Source: Anaerolineae bacterium
Lineage (GTDB): Bacteria > Chloroflexota > Anaerolineae > J102
NCBI GenBank assembly: GCA_015485435.1
Contig: WFTO01000222.1
Location: 1-36,882 of the forward strand
Direction of reading: 5' to 3'
Length of the DNA stretch: 36,882 nucleotides
A model generated the notes under the pieces. It did not search any database. It saw only the letters and a list, made by a program, of their open reading frames with translations, and was not told the DNA's origin. Positions 18,953-28,832 of the stretch are shown here, in pieces; the first letter of the stretch is position 1; each line of letters starts with the position of its first letter. Both the position numbers and the translations under genes were made by a program.

Positions 18953-19698
18953 GGTTGCGCCAGCTCCTTTTTCAGCTCTTCTTCGGTCCAGGGAACGGGT
19001 TCGCCGTTGACCTTGGCCTGAAGATAATCACTCAGACCGATGTAAAAAACCCGAGGATCGGTGCCCATTTCTGGTTTAAGCACCTGTGTGGCATGTTCTT
19101 TCAACAGTTGATTGATCTCGCTATTGGGATCGTTAAGATCGCCAAAAATGCGAGCTCCACCCACACAGGTCTCCACACAGGCGGGCAGCAAACCCGCCTC
19201 AGTGCGATGCACGCAGAATGTGCATTTGTCTGCCGTGTGGGTTTCAGGGTTGATGTAACGAGCATCGTATGGGCAGGCCTGCACACAATAAGCGCACCCG
19301 ATACAAACTTCGTTGTCCACCACCACTATGCCATCGCCACGTTTGTATGTGGCCTGCGTGGGACACACCTCCACGCAGGGGGGATTTTCGCAATGGTTGC
19401 ATAGGCGGGGCAGGGTGGCGCGACGGGCCGTATCGCCAAAATCGATCTCGTAGGTGGAAACGATTGTGCGATGGTAGCCCAGGGGCACATCATTTTCCAT
19501 GGAGCAAGCGACGCTGCACGCTTGGCAACCGATACACTTGCGCAGATCGATCAGCATGCCCCAACGGTGGCTGCTTTCACTGGGTTCATCAGGGTTGGCC
19601 GCCATCGCCTCCTGTTTTGGAACCATGACGGCCGTTGTCGCGGCAACAGCAGCCCCGCCTACCATGAATTTAAGAAATTCGCGGCGGTCTGTCTTCAT
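18949..19698 (-). CDS. ttrB: 4x[4Fe-4S] electron-transfer subunit (TtrB-like)
   Basis: Tat signal DRREFLK; CIGCQACSVAC, CNHCENPPCVEVCP, CIGCAYCVQACP, KCTFC...PACVETC. Confidence 0.88.
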   Translation of the reverse strand: MKTDRREFLKFMVGGAAVAATTAVMVPKQEAMAANPDEPSESSHRWGMLIDLRKCIGCQACSVACSMENDVPLGYHRTIVSTYEIDFGDTARRATLPRLCNHCENPPCVEVCPTQATYKRGDGIVVVDNEVCIGCAYCVQACPYDARYINPETHTADKCTFCVHRTEAGLLPACVETCVGGARIFGDLNDPNSEINQLLKEHATQVLKPEMGTDPRVFYIGLSDYLQAKVNGEPVPWTEEELKKELAQP

Positions 19699-19743
19699 AC
19701 AACTCCTCCTGAAAAGATGGAAACAAGAACTATTGCTCCACCT

Positions 19744-19811
19744 ATTGTAAGATTTCCCACTATCAGAACTCTAAATATTCCCCCTCAAGTTCTAAAAATT
19801 TTCTATAAAAT
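19744..19811 (-). promoter_or_regulatory. ttrBCA promoter with putative OmpR-family direct-repeat boxes
   Basis: -10 TACAAT (19749-19744) without a recognisable -35; repeats TCTAAATATT (19770), TCTAAAAATT (19791), TCTATAAAAT (19802). Confidence 0.55.
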
Positions 19812-19823
19812 TCAGATTGTTGG

Positions 19824-20516
19824 CTATTCGCAACGCAAGCTGTATCCCACGCCCGGATAAGTGACGATCTCTGCATCCTTGGCGTGAGCCAACTTTTGCC
19901 GTAGTCGACCAATATAAATATGCAAATATTGATTGTTGCCCCGATACTCATCCCCCCACACACCAGCGAGCAGATAATCGTAGGTGAGCACCCGGTTCTT
20001 ATGGCGTAGCAACAACGTCAGCAGGTTGAATTCGGTGGGGGTTAGGCGGATTTCTTCATGTCCAATCCAACCCTGATGTGAGGCGACATCCACCGTCACG
20101 TCGCCCGCGCGCAACGGCACATCGGGCGGGGATGCGGTCGCACTCGACGCCCGGCGCAAGACGGCGCGCACGCGGGCCAGCAGCTCCTGCAGCCCGAATG
20201 GTTTGGTCAAATAGTCATCTACGCCGCTATCTAGCAATTCGACTTTTTTGGCTTCATCGCTCAGTGCGCTGAGAACGATGATGGGGGTGTGGCTCGATCG
20301 CCGCACAGCAGCCACAACCTGGGCGCCATCCACTTTGGGCATCATCAGATCAAGGATAATCAAATCAGGCGTTTCAGAGGCCAGCATATCCAGAGCGGCC
20401 TGACCGTCGCGAGCAATGAGCACGTCGTATCCCCGCGCTTTGAGGTTGACTGACACGAATTTAATGACGCTGGGATCGTCATCAACAAGGAGGATGCGGG
20501 TTTTGGCGGCTGTCAT
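19824..20516 (-). CDS. OmpR/KdpE-family response regulator
   Basis: ILLVDDD, LDLMMP (phospho-Asp), DDYLTKPF, LTPTEF and LRQKL...GVGY winged helix. Start set at MTAAK. Confidence 0.93.
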   Translation of the reverse strand: MTAAKTRILLVDDDPSVIKFVSVNLKARGYDVLIARDGQAALDMLASETPDLIILDLMMPKVDGAQVVAAVRRSSHTPIIVLSALSDEAKKVELLDSGVDDYLTKPFGLQELLARVRAVLRRASSATASPPDVPLRAGDVTVDVASHQGWIGHEEIRLTPTEFNLLTLLLRHKNRVLTYDYLLAGVWGDEYRGNNQYLHIYIGRLRQKLAHAKDAEIVTYPGVGYSLRCE

Positions 20517-20565
20517 ACAGACGTTTTTGAAAGAAATGGATGGAAGGATGGCAACGTGATGCGTT

Positions 20566-22380
20566 TCAATGGATGCAAGGCAGTGTAAAATGAATGGTCG
20601 AACCTTCCCCAATCTGACTTTCGGCCCAAATGCGGCCGCCATGCGCTTGAACCAGCCCCTTACAAATGGCCAGCCCAAGCCCTGTTCCCGAGGTTTCGGG
20701 ATGATCGCCGCGATAGAAACGTTCGAAGAGATGAGGCAGCGCCTCAGGGGGAATGCCTGGGCCTTTGTCGTGAATATCGACCTGAATCATGTCATCCACT
20801 TTGTGAGCCGTGATGGTGATGGGGGCGCCTTCGGGCGTGTATTTGGTGATATTCTCGATGAGATTGCGCAGGATGTCAATGATCCGCTCTCGATCGCCGT
20901 CGATGGGAGGGAGATCATCAGGGATATCGACGTGCACCGGGCGTTCTCCTAACAAAGGTTGCATGCGTTCCAATGTCACCGAGACGAGGTGATGCAGGCT
21001 ACACGGGCCCCGTTGCAGGCGAAGGGTGCCCGCCTCCAGTTGCGCCATATCAAGCAACTGGTTCACCAGATCGCGTAGCTTATCCGCCTCTTCCACAATG
21101 GTCCGCAGAAAATCTTGTTGGGTGTCCTTGTCCCACGTCACATCTTCCAAAAGCAACGTTTCGGCAAATCCCTTGATGGAGGTGAGGGGTGTGCGCAATT
21201 CGTGGGAAACGGTCGCCAAAAATGCACTTTTCAACCGGTCCGCTTCCTGAGCTTGCTCCAGAGCGACCTGCAACTTTTCCGTACGCACCGCGACGAGGCC
21301 TTCCAATCCGCTGGCATACTGTTGCAACTCGGCAACCATTTGGTTGAATGCTCGGGCCAATTGGCCGATCTCATCCTGACGCTGAATGGCGCTCCGTCGA
21401 GAGAGATCGCCCTGGCCCACTGCGATGGCATCTTCGGAGAGTAGCGTGATGGGATGGGTGACGCTACGGGCGATGAACCATCCCGGAATGGCGCTGGCAG
21501 TCATGGCCAACATCACCCCCAAAAGCAGCCAGTAGAAAAGTGTGCGCACCGGCGCCAGGGCCTCGGACGCCGGCTGCTCCACCACCACCCACCATCCCAA
21601 TGCAGGAATGGCCTGGGCATTGCCCATCACGGGACGGTTCCAGGCGTCTCGATAGCGCGAGGGTAAGGGGGCGCCAGAGCGCAATGCCTGCATGAGAGGA
21701 GCCTCATCGATCCGCGTTTCGGCCAGTACAAGACTGTAATCGGGGTGGGCGAGTAGACGCCCAGAGGCATCAATAATATACATGACGCCCCCTTTTCCCA
21801 CCCGAAACGCGGTGACTTGATCCCACAATCCCCGCAGGCTTATGACGGCCATGAAATAGTGCTTAGGGCGTTGGCCGTATGGATCGCGACATGGCACGAA
21901 CACCGTCAGCAGTGGGGCGCCATTGGCAGAAAGTTGGACGGGCCCCCAGCTTACATCGCCATTCTTCGCTTTTAAAAACGCTTCATTGCCCGACAGATTC
22001 CGTAAATCCTCAGACGTAATAAGACGAATGCGAGAGACCCGGTTCATCTCCCGACCAGTTGCATCTAACAGGCTGATTTCTTGCGCCAAGGGGGCTTGAT
22101 GTATCAGGTGGCGTAAAATGCGATCTCGTTCAGCAGGCGAAACGCGACTCCAATCGGTGATTTCTGCGGAAGCCTGCAACAAAGAGACCACGTGCGTCAG
22201 CCTGGTTTCAATAAGAAGGGCCGCTCGTTTGGTCATTTCGCGCTGTGCAGCGCTGGCCGCCTGAACTTGCTGGGTGTAAAGGGTGTACAGGGAAAAACCG
22301 GCCAGCGCCAACATGGGCAGCAACGCGGCTAAGGCAGCCTGCACGATCATCCGAGTCTCTAGCCGTCGCCAGCGACTCAC
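20566..22380 (-). CDS. Sensor histidine kinase (TM-Cache-TM-HAMP-HisKA-HATPase)
   Basis: IIDASGRLLAHPD Cache motif, DEIGQLARAFNQM HAMP, SHELRTPL H-box, DKGPGI, FERFYR, GTGLGLAI. Confidence 0.94.
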   Translation of the reverse strand: MSRWRRLETRMIVQAALAALLPMLALAGFSLYTLYTQQVQAASAAQREMTKRAALLIETRLTHVVSLLQASAEITDWSRVSPAERDRILRHLIHQAPLAQEISLLDATGREMNRVSRIRLITSEDLRNLSGNEAFLKAKNGDVSWGPVQLSANGAPLLTVFVPCRDPYGQRPKHYFMAVISLRGLWDQVTAFRVGKGGVMYIIDASGRLLAHPDYSLVLAETRIDEAPLMQALRSGAPLPSRYRDAWNRPVMGNAQAIPALGWWVVVEQPASEALAPVRTLFYWLLLGVMLAMTASAIPGWFIARSVTHPITLLSEDAIAVGQGDLSRRSAIQRQDEIGQLARAFNQMVAELQQYASGLEGLVAVRTEKLQVALEQAQEADRLKSAFLATVSHELRTPLTSIKGFAETLLLEDVTWDKDTQQDFLRTIVEEADKLRDLVNQLLDMAQLEAGTLRLQRGPCSLHHLVSVTLERMQPLLGERPVHVDIPDDLPPIDGDRERIIDILRNLIENITKYTPEGAPITITAHKVDDMIQVDIHDKGPGIPPEALPHLFERFYRGDHPETSGTGLGLAICKGLVQAHGGRIWAESQIGEGSTIHFTLPCIH

Positions 22381-23381
22381 GGCGTCTCCTCCGGGAAGAA
22401 CTGGTCCCCCAGTCGCACTGTATCCTCATCGAGATGAAGTCCCATCTCGCGGGCGGTTTGCATATTGATGCTAAATTCGGGTGTGTCAGGAAATTCCACG
22501 GGGATATCTCCCGCCGGAACGCCACTGAGCGCTTTGTCAACCAAACGCGCAGCCTGATACCCCATGCTTTGGAAAGAGGCGCCATACGCGGCCAGTCCTC
22601 CTGCGGCTACAATGTCTTGATTGAGGCCCATAATGGGAATACGCGCTCGTGATGCAGCGGGCAGCAGTACGGTGGGCAAGGCGTTCTCTAGAGTGTAGCA
22701 AGGAGTGACGAGGATGGCGTCGGCCATGCCCGGTTGTAGTGCATTGGCAAAGCGTTCCAGCGATGCCTCACCATCCACGGGCTGAGGGATCAGGGTGAGA
22801 TTTAGTCGTGTGGCTGCCCATTGCGCTTCCCTCAATGCAGCCAGGCTTGGCGTGATATTGGGACTGTACAACACCAACACGCGTTGCGTTGCAGGCAACA
22901 ACAAGGTCAAAAATTCCAACCGCTTGCTGGTGATCTCGATGTAGCCATTGTCAACGCCGGTCATGTTGTGACCTGGATGCTGGAAACTTTCCACTACACC
23001 CCAGTCTACGGTCGCGGCCACGCCGATGAATACGATGGGTGGGCCATCATTCGTTGCCAGCTTTTTGGCTGTTTGCGTCTCCACCCCACCGAGTGTAACG
23101 AGGACATCGGGATGCTGCATTAGAGCCTGTTGCGTTAGATCGGGTAAGCGGTCCCCTTGATTTTCGGCGTTGAATATCGTCACAATCAGATTTTCGCCTG
23201 GTCGGTACCCGCGATCGGCCAGTCCCTTTTCCAAACTCTCCGCCTTAACCAATCGCGATTGCCCTGAAGCGATCACAGCAAGATGGTAAACGGCGGAGGA
23301 TGACGTGGCGGATTGGGTGCATCCAGAGAAAAGGAATGTCGCCAACGTGACAAGCGCAACAAGAAAATAGCGAAATGTCAT
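22377..23381 (-). CDS. ABC-type substrate-binding lipoprotein (ABC_sub_bind family), without a transporter
   Basis: Lipobox FSGC, PIVF.GV, HPGHNMTGV, GGLAAYG...G.QAA.LV, P.DIPVE...F.IN..TA; GTGA overlap with the kinase start. Confidence 0.85.
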   Translation of the reverse strand: MTFRYFLVALVTLATFLFSGCTQSATSSSAVYHLAVIASGQSRLVKAESLEKGLADRGYRPGENLIVTIFNAENQGDRLPDLTQQALMQHPDVLVTLGGVETQTAKKLATNDGPPIVFIGVAATVDWGVVESFQHPGHNMTGVDNGYIEITSKRLEFLTLLLPATQRVLVLYSPNITPSLAALREAQWAATRLNLTLIPQPVDGEASLERFANALQPGMADAILVTPCYTLENALPTVLLPAASRARIPIMGLNQDIVAAGGLAAYGASFQSMGYQAARLVDKALSGVPAGDIPVEFPDTPEFSINMQTAREMGLHLDEDTVRLGDQFFPEETP

Positions 23382-23999
23382 GAAACGAAAGCATCCATTC
23401 AGATGAGAAGGATGATGATTTATTTTAGCGCATATAGCACACCAAGACTATTTTTCCATGATCAAAACCAAATGGATAGCAGCGCGCAGGGGACGCAGAG
23501 GGCATTACGCCCAACATTCCACAGTCAGAAACATTCCGGGATGCGAGGACCTCAGCGAATTTCAGACATACCGCCTGCTGCGATGCGATCCACGTTTTTG
23601 ATGGCAGAAATTCTGAAAATCCTTCGCAGCAAGGCATGATGCCTGAAAAAACCGTGATATCTCCTCGGCAATATCTCAACGGAGCGAAGTGCAGAGGGCG
23701 ATGTGCAACAGGGAAGTAATGGACGTTGCTGATGACGTATATGGCGCTGCAGCTGACAGCGTATGGGCTAGTCTGGTTGATTGCAGAGCACAGAAGCGCC
23801 CATTGAGGATCATGGGACATTTGTACCAGTTGCGAGGGGTGATTTGTCTTAGAAAAAATAAGCCCCATTACTCACGACAGCGCATCATCACGCTGCTAAG
23901 ATGAACCTATGGGGATTGACGTCGCATGGACGCTGTCTATGTTCGCGGCAATCCTCCCAATCGCCATTTTTTCAAATGCTTTACCCTACGAGGAGGTTG

Positions 24000-25709
24000 A
24001 TGATGAACACATGGACGCGTCAGCGTTTTGTTTTGCTTGGAATTATCGCCCTGGCAGTTGTGATGTTGGCCGCTTGCGGAGGATCATCGACGCCAGCACC
24101 AGCCGAGCCCACCCAAGCGCCGCCACAAGCAACGAAGGCAGAAGCGCCGGCAGCTACACAGGTTCCAACAGAGGCCTCTGCGGCAAAGAGCCCTGTCGCG
24201 TTGCGGGTGACGTTCGCCTGGCCAACCTACATCGATCCCGCGGTGGGCAACGACTTTTCCAGCTCTGCGGCTCTGGTCAACCTATATGACTCATTGGTCT
24301 TTCCTGCCAAAGATGGCGGCGTCATTCCCTGGCTGGCGGAATCCTGGGACACCTCGGAGGATGGCCTGACCTGGACATTTAAATTGCGGCAAGGCGTGAA
24401 GTTTCATGATGGAAGTGAACTGACCGCGAGCGATGTCGTCTATAGCATGAAGCGATTGCAAACGATCGGCGAAGGCTATGCCTATATGTTCGAAAACGTC
24501 GCCGATGTGTCCGCCCCCGATGACCAGACCGTAGTCTTTACCCTGTCGAAACCTAGTGGTCTGTTCCTCTTGAGTCTGGTGCGACTTTACGTCTTAAATG
24601 AGGACCTTGTCAAAGCCAATACCGCTAAGAAGGGTTCATATGGTGAAAATGGCGATTACGGCAAAGATTGGTTGTTGACTCATGACGCCGGTTCAGGTCC
24701 TTACATGGTCAAAGAATTCCCTCTTGAAGAATATTTGCTTATGGAAAAGAACGATGATTGGTGGGGAGATTTCGTAGAGAATGCGCCAGATGAAGTGCGG
24801 TTTATCGCCGCCACCGAGACCGCAACCGTGCGCACCTTAATGGCCGACCGTCGTCTGGAGATCAGCGATCAATGGCAGACCGTGCAGGCATTGAAATCGT
24901 TGGATGCCATTGACGGCATTTCTGTGGCTGCCATCCCTACGATGACGGAATTTTATTTCATGATTAATACCAAAATCCCCCCCACAGATGATGTCCACTG
25001 CCGTCGCGCCATGTCCTACGCCTTCGATTACGCCACCGCTGTGAGCCTGGAATGGGAGGGCACGAAACAGTCTCAAGGCCCAGTCCCCGCCACCCTGGCC
25101 GGCCACAATCCTGATGTGTTCGTCTTCCCCCATGATGTGGACAAGGCAAAAGAGGAATTGGCCCAGTGCAAATATGCCGACGAGCTCGACCAATATCCGG
25201 TGGAAATTCACTGGATCTCCGAAGTGCCCGATGAAGAAAAGTTTGCCTTGCTTTTCCAGTCGAACATGGCGGATATTGGCATGCCGGTCAAAGTCGTTTC
25301 CACGCCCTGGCTGAGCGTGGTGGAGAACATGAGCAAACTGGAAACCAGCCCCCACATTGTGACCATTTACGTGGGCGCAGATCTGCCCGACGCCGGAGTG
25401 ATGCTGAATCAGCGATACAGCTCCGCCACCGCCGATCAATGGCTCCAGAACGAATGGCTGCTGGACAAGGACTTCGACGCCCGGATCGCGGACGCCCTCG
25501 CCACCGTGGATCAGAACGAACGATACGCCAAATATTACGAATTGCAGGATTACATCGTAGATCTGGCCCCTTCCCTGTTCGTCTATGACCAGGTGGAAAA
25601 GCACGCGGTGCAGGATTACGTGGATTGGCCTGCAATGAAAGGAGAAATGAGCCCGATGCAGGGGTATTACTTCTTTGCTCCGCAAATTGGTGTGAACCCA
25701 ACGCAGTAA
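24000..25709 (+). CDS. Family 5 (Dpp/Opp) ABC substrate-binding lipoprotein
   Basis: Lipobox LAAC, Pro/Ala/Thr linker, LAESW..SEDGLTWTFKLRQGVKFHDGSELTASDV, GSGPY; AGGAGGT RBS. Confidence 0.93.
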   Translation: MMNTWTRQRFVLLGIIALAVVMLAACGGSSTPAPAEPTQAPPQATKAEAPAATQVPTEASAAKSPVALRVTFAWPTYIDPAVGNDFSSSAALVNLYDSLVFPAKDGGVIPWLAESWDTSEDGLTWTFKLRQGVKFHDGSELTASDVVYSMKRLQTIGEGYAYMFENVADVSAPDDQTVVFTLSKPSGLFLLSLVRLYVLNEDLVKANTAKKGSYGENGDYGKDWLLTHDAGSGPYMVKEFPLEEYLLMEKNDDWWGDFVENAPDEVRFIAATETATVRTLMADRRLEISDQWQTVQALKSLDAIDGISVAAIPTMTEFYFMINTKIPPTDDVHCRRAMSYAFDYATAVSLEWEGTKQSQGPVPATLAGHNPDVFVFPHDVDKAKEELAQCKYADELDQYPVEIHWISEVPDEEKFALLFQSNMADIGMPVKVVSTPWLSVVENMSKLETSPHIVTIYVGADLPDAGVMLNQRYSSATADQWLQNEWLLDKDFDARIADALATVDQNERYAKYYELQDYIVDLAPSLFVYDQVEKHAVQDYVDWPAMKGEMSPMQGYYFFAPQIGVNPTQ

Positions 25710-25734
25710 GGGAAGGCTCCCTCATTTCAAGCAT

Positions 25735-25788
25735 CTGGTGCATCGCATCCTGTGCGGTCCTCACCCCTACATGGGTGCGATGCACCAG
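25735..25788. repeat. 16-bp inverted repeat between the binding-protein and permease genes (likely mRNA-stabilising hairpin)
   Basis: CTGGTGCATCGCATCC / GGGTGCGATGCACCAG (one G-U pair). Confidence 0.7.
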
Positions 25789-25820
25789 CCAGATTCAGAT
25801 CGTCTTACGGGACTTTCTTT

Positions 25821-26849
25821 ATGAAACTTCTGCCTTTTATCGGCAAACGGGCTTTTCATGCCATTTTCGTATTGCTCGGCCTGTCGATCGTCATCTTCGT
25901 GATCGCACGGGTGATGCCTGGCGATCCCGCTCGGGTTGCTGTGGGAGCTCACGCACCCGATTGGGTCGTGCAGGATATCCGGGAGCAGATGCACCTTGAT
26001 GAACCATTGGTCGTGCAGTATTTCTACTGGCTGCGAGATGCGTTGCATGGCGATTTCGGCGTTTCCCTGGTGACGCGACGAGATGTTGCCCAAGATATTA
26101 TCGAATTTTTCCCAGCCTCCTTGGAGCTCGCACTCTTTGCCCTGCTGATATCCGCCGGGTTGGGCATCACCTTAGGCACGCTCTCGGCCTGGCACAAAGA
26201 CAAATTCGTCGATAATCTCGTGCGGGTGCTTTCCTACATGGGAGTGGTCACGCCTTCCTTTGTCTTCGCCATCCTGTTTCTGCTGCTTTTCGGTTATCTG
26301 CTGCACTGGTTTCCAACCCTGGGGCGTTTGAGTGAAGATGTGGCCCGACCTCCCACCGTAACCGGTTTTATGACGGTGGATTCTCTGTTAGCGGGCGATA
26401 TGGTCGCCTTTTGGGATGCGTTGAAGCATTTGGTGTTGCCTGCCTTGGCCCTGGCCATGGGTTCCATGGCTCAGGAGGCGCGCATCACCCGCGCCAGCAT
26501 GTCGGAAAATCTGAACAAGGATTACATCGCGGCCAGCCGGGCCTTCGGCATTCCAGAACGGTATGTTATGGGACGATTTCTACTCAAGCCATCGCTGATC
26601 CCCACCATTTCCATCATCGGTCTGGATTTTGCCGCCAACTTCAGCAACGCGTTTTTGGTGGAACTCATTTTCGTGTGGCCCGGGCTTTCTCGTTACGGCA
26701 TGAACGCGATCCTTCGCAAGGATTTGAACGCCATTTCCGCGGTCATCCTGGTGTTGGGCGTCGTGTTCATTATCGTGAACATCATCGTCGATATCACCGT
26801 CGCCAAACTCGATCCTCGCATTGGTTTACGCTCCGCCCGAAGTGAATAA
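25821..26849 (+). CDS. Peptide ABC transporter permease (DppB-like)
   Basis: MPGDPA, LDEPL..QY, GDFGVSL, HLVLPAL, EAA-type loop and LDPRI end. Confidence 0.93.
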   Translation: MKLLPFIGKRAFHAIFVLLGLSIVIFVIARVMPGDPARVAVGAHAPDWVVQDIREQMHLDEPLVVQYFYWLRDALHGDFGVSLVTRRDVAQDIIEFFPASLELALFALLISAGLGITLGTLSAWHKDKFVDNLVRVLSYMGVVTPSFVFAILFLLLFGYLLHWFPTLGRLSEDVARPPTVTGFMTVDSLLAGDMVAFWDALKHLVLPALALAMGSMAQEARITRASMSENLNKDYIAASRAFGIPERYVMGRFLLKPSLIPTISIIGLDFAANFSNAFLVELIFVWPGLSRYGMNAILRKDLNAISAVILVLGVVFIIVNIIVDITVAKLDPRIGLRSARSE

Positions 26850-26875
26850 CGCTTCATCCCGATACAACTAGGCTC

Positions 26876-27802
26876 ATGACCCAACAGACGAACCTCTCGT
26901 TTTCTGGTTTGAACGCCCAACAAATCAAACAGCTCGAACGTGAAAGTCGCCGCGAGCATTGGGGACGGGCGTGGTACAAATTTTCCCGGAACTCCCTTTC
27001 CATCGTGGGTGCGGTCACCATTTTGATCATTGTGTTTCTGGCTATTTTCGCCCCCTATGTCACGCCTTATCCCGATCATGCCACCAAACCCTTCACCGAC
27101 TTCGCCAACGCCAGCCAGCCGCCAAGCCTGGAACATCTCTTTGGCACCGACGAGATCGGTCGGGACATTTTCAGCCGCACCATTTTCGGATTTCGGTTCT
27201 CCCTCAGCATGGGCGTCATCGTCCTCTCGCTGGTGGTGCCGGTGGGCGTGCTGCTGGGACTGATTGCCGGTTACTACCAGGGAACGCGCATCGACAGCAT
27301 CATCATGCGCACCACCGATATTTTCCTTTCGGTGCCCTCCCTGATTCTTGCCCTGGCCATTGCTTCGGTGCTGGAGCCCAATCTCTCTCACTCGATGATC
27401 GCCATTTCGTTGATGTGGTGGCCCTGGTACACGCGCCTTGTCTATGGCCAGACCACCGCGCTGCGCAACGAATTTTTCGTCAGCTCCGCAGAGGTCACAG
27501 GCGCCAGTACGGCTCATATTCTTTTCCGCGAGATCCTGCCTAACATCCTTTCGTCCATCTTTACCAAGATGAGCCTGGACATGGGATGGGTGATCATCAT
27601 CGGCGCATCGTTGAGCTTTGTGGGCCTGGGCGTGCAGCCTCCCAAGCCAGGCCTGGGCACCATGGTGGCCAGCGGCGCCAAATACCTGCCCGATCAGTGG
27701 TGGATTTCCCTCTTCCCCGCTCTGGCTATCGTGGTCATCGTGCTGGGTTTCAACCTGTTGGGCGATGGTCTGCGCGACCTCTTCGCCGCGGAGGAAGTGT
27801 GA
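26876..27802 (+). CDS. Peptide ABC transporter permease (DppC-like)
   Basis: HLFGTDEIGRDIFSR, ILPN, LSFVGLGVQPP, GFNLLGDGLRD. Confidence 0.94.
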   Translation: MTQQTNLSFSGLNAQQIKQLERESRREHWGRAWYKFSRNSLSIVGAVTILIIVFLAIFAPYVTPYPDHATKPFTDFANASQPPSLEHLFGTDEIGRDIFSRTIFGFRFSLSMGVIVLSLVVPVGVLLGLIAGYYQGTRIDSIIMRTTDIFLSVPSLILALAIASVLEPNLSHSMIAISLMWWPWYTRLVYGQTTALRNEFFVSSAEVTGASTAHILFREILPNILSSIFTKMSLDMGWVIIIGASLSFVGLGVQPPKPGLGTMVASGAKYLPDQWWISLFPALAIVVIVLGFNLLGDGLRDLFAAEEV

Positions 27803-27803
27803 C

Positions 27804-28832
27804 ATGACCAGACAACCATTGCTCGAGATCGAAAACCTGCGGGTGGGGTTCAAGGTCTATGGCGGTGAATTGCACGTGCTGGACGGCGTCGATTTCGTCG
27901 TGAACAAGGGCGAAAAGGTGGGACTTGTCGGAGAAACAGGTTGCGGCAAGACCACGACCATGAAAGCGATCTTGCGCATTCTGCCCCAACCACCTGGCTT
28001 CATCGAAAGCGGCGTCATTCGATTTCACGGTCGCGACTTAATGCAAGTCAAGGACCGAGAAATGAGACACATTCGGGGCCAAGGCATTTCGATGATCTTC
28101 CAGGACCCCACCGCCGCGCTCAATCCCGTCTTTACCATCGGCCAGCAGCTGGAGCCGGTCATCAAATACGCCTCACCCGAAAATCGACGCCTACCGCGCA
28201 AGGTCATCCGCCAAAAAGCCATTCAAGCCCTTCGAGACGTCTCCCTGGCCGATCCCGAACGCCTGCTCAAAGCCTATCCCGTTCAGCTCAGCGGGGGCAT
28301 GCGCCAGCGCGTGTGCATCGGCATGGCGCTGGCCACCAATCCAGAGCTGCTCATCGCTGATGAACCTGGCACCTCCCTCGACGTGACCATTCAGGATCAG
28401 GTGCTGCGGCTGCTGCATCAATTGGTGGAAGAGCGGGACAGCTCCGTCATCCTCATCACCCACACCCTGGGCATCGTCCGTCAGATGACCGATCGGCTGT
28501 ATGTGATGTATGCGGGCAATATGGTGGAAACCGCGCCCACGCGTCGCATCTTCACCAACCCCCTGCATCCCTACACCCAGGGCTTAATGGACGCGGTGCC
28601 CAAATTGACCGGAGGCGGCGTGGCCCACGGCATTCCCGGACGCATCCCCGACTACCTCCATCCTCCCACCGGATGCCGCTTCCATCCCCGTTGCCCCCAC
28701 GCCATGGACATCTGCCGTCAGAAGAAACCGTCGTTTTACACCGTCGAGGAGGCGCACCAGGTCGCCTGTTTTCTCTATGACACATCATCCGGGGCCGACT
28801 CCGCGCCCGCCCGCAAGGAGGCGCTGGCATGA
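27804..28832 (+). CDS. Peptide ABC transporter ATPase (DppD-like)
   Basis: GETGCGKT, LSGGMRQR, IADEP, HPYT and the C-terminal GCRFHPRC Cys cluster. Confidence 0.94.
   Translation: MTRQPLLEIENLRVGFKVYGGELHVLDGVDFVVNKGEKVGLVGETGCGKTTTMKAILRILPQPPGFIESGVIRFHGRDLMQVKDREMRHIRGQGISMIFQDPTAALNPVFTIGQQLEPVIKYASPENRRLPRKVIRQKAIQALRDVSLADPERLLKAYPVQLSGGMRQRVCIGMALATNPELLIADEPGTSLDVTIQDQVLRLLHQLVEERDSSVILITHTLGIVRQMTDRLYVMYAGNMVETAPTRRIFTNPLHPYTQGLMDAVPKLTGGGVAHGIPGRIPDYLHPPTGCRFHPRCPHAMDICRQKKPSFYTVEEAHQVACFLYDTSSGADSAPARKEALA

Noticed and set aside
24085-24190. Repetitive Pro/Ala/Thr/Glu stretch in the binding protein
   Set aside because: Ordinary flexible lipoprotein tether, not a DNA repeat element.
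26693-27853. 386-aa minus-strand ORF, plus similar long antisense ORFs at 24837-25685, 31674-32492, 33640-34329 and 34977-35684
   Set aside because: They shadow well-supported plus-strand genes; GC-rich codon bias suppresses antisense stops and they show no protein motifs.
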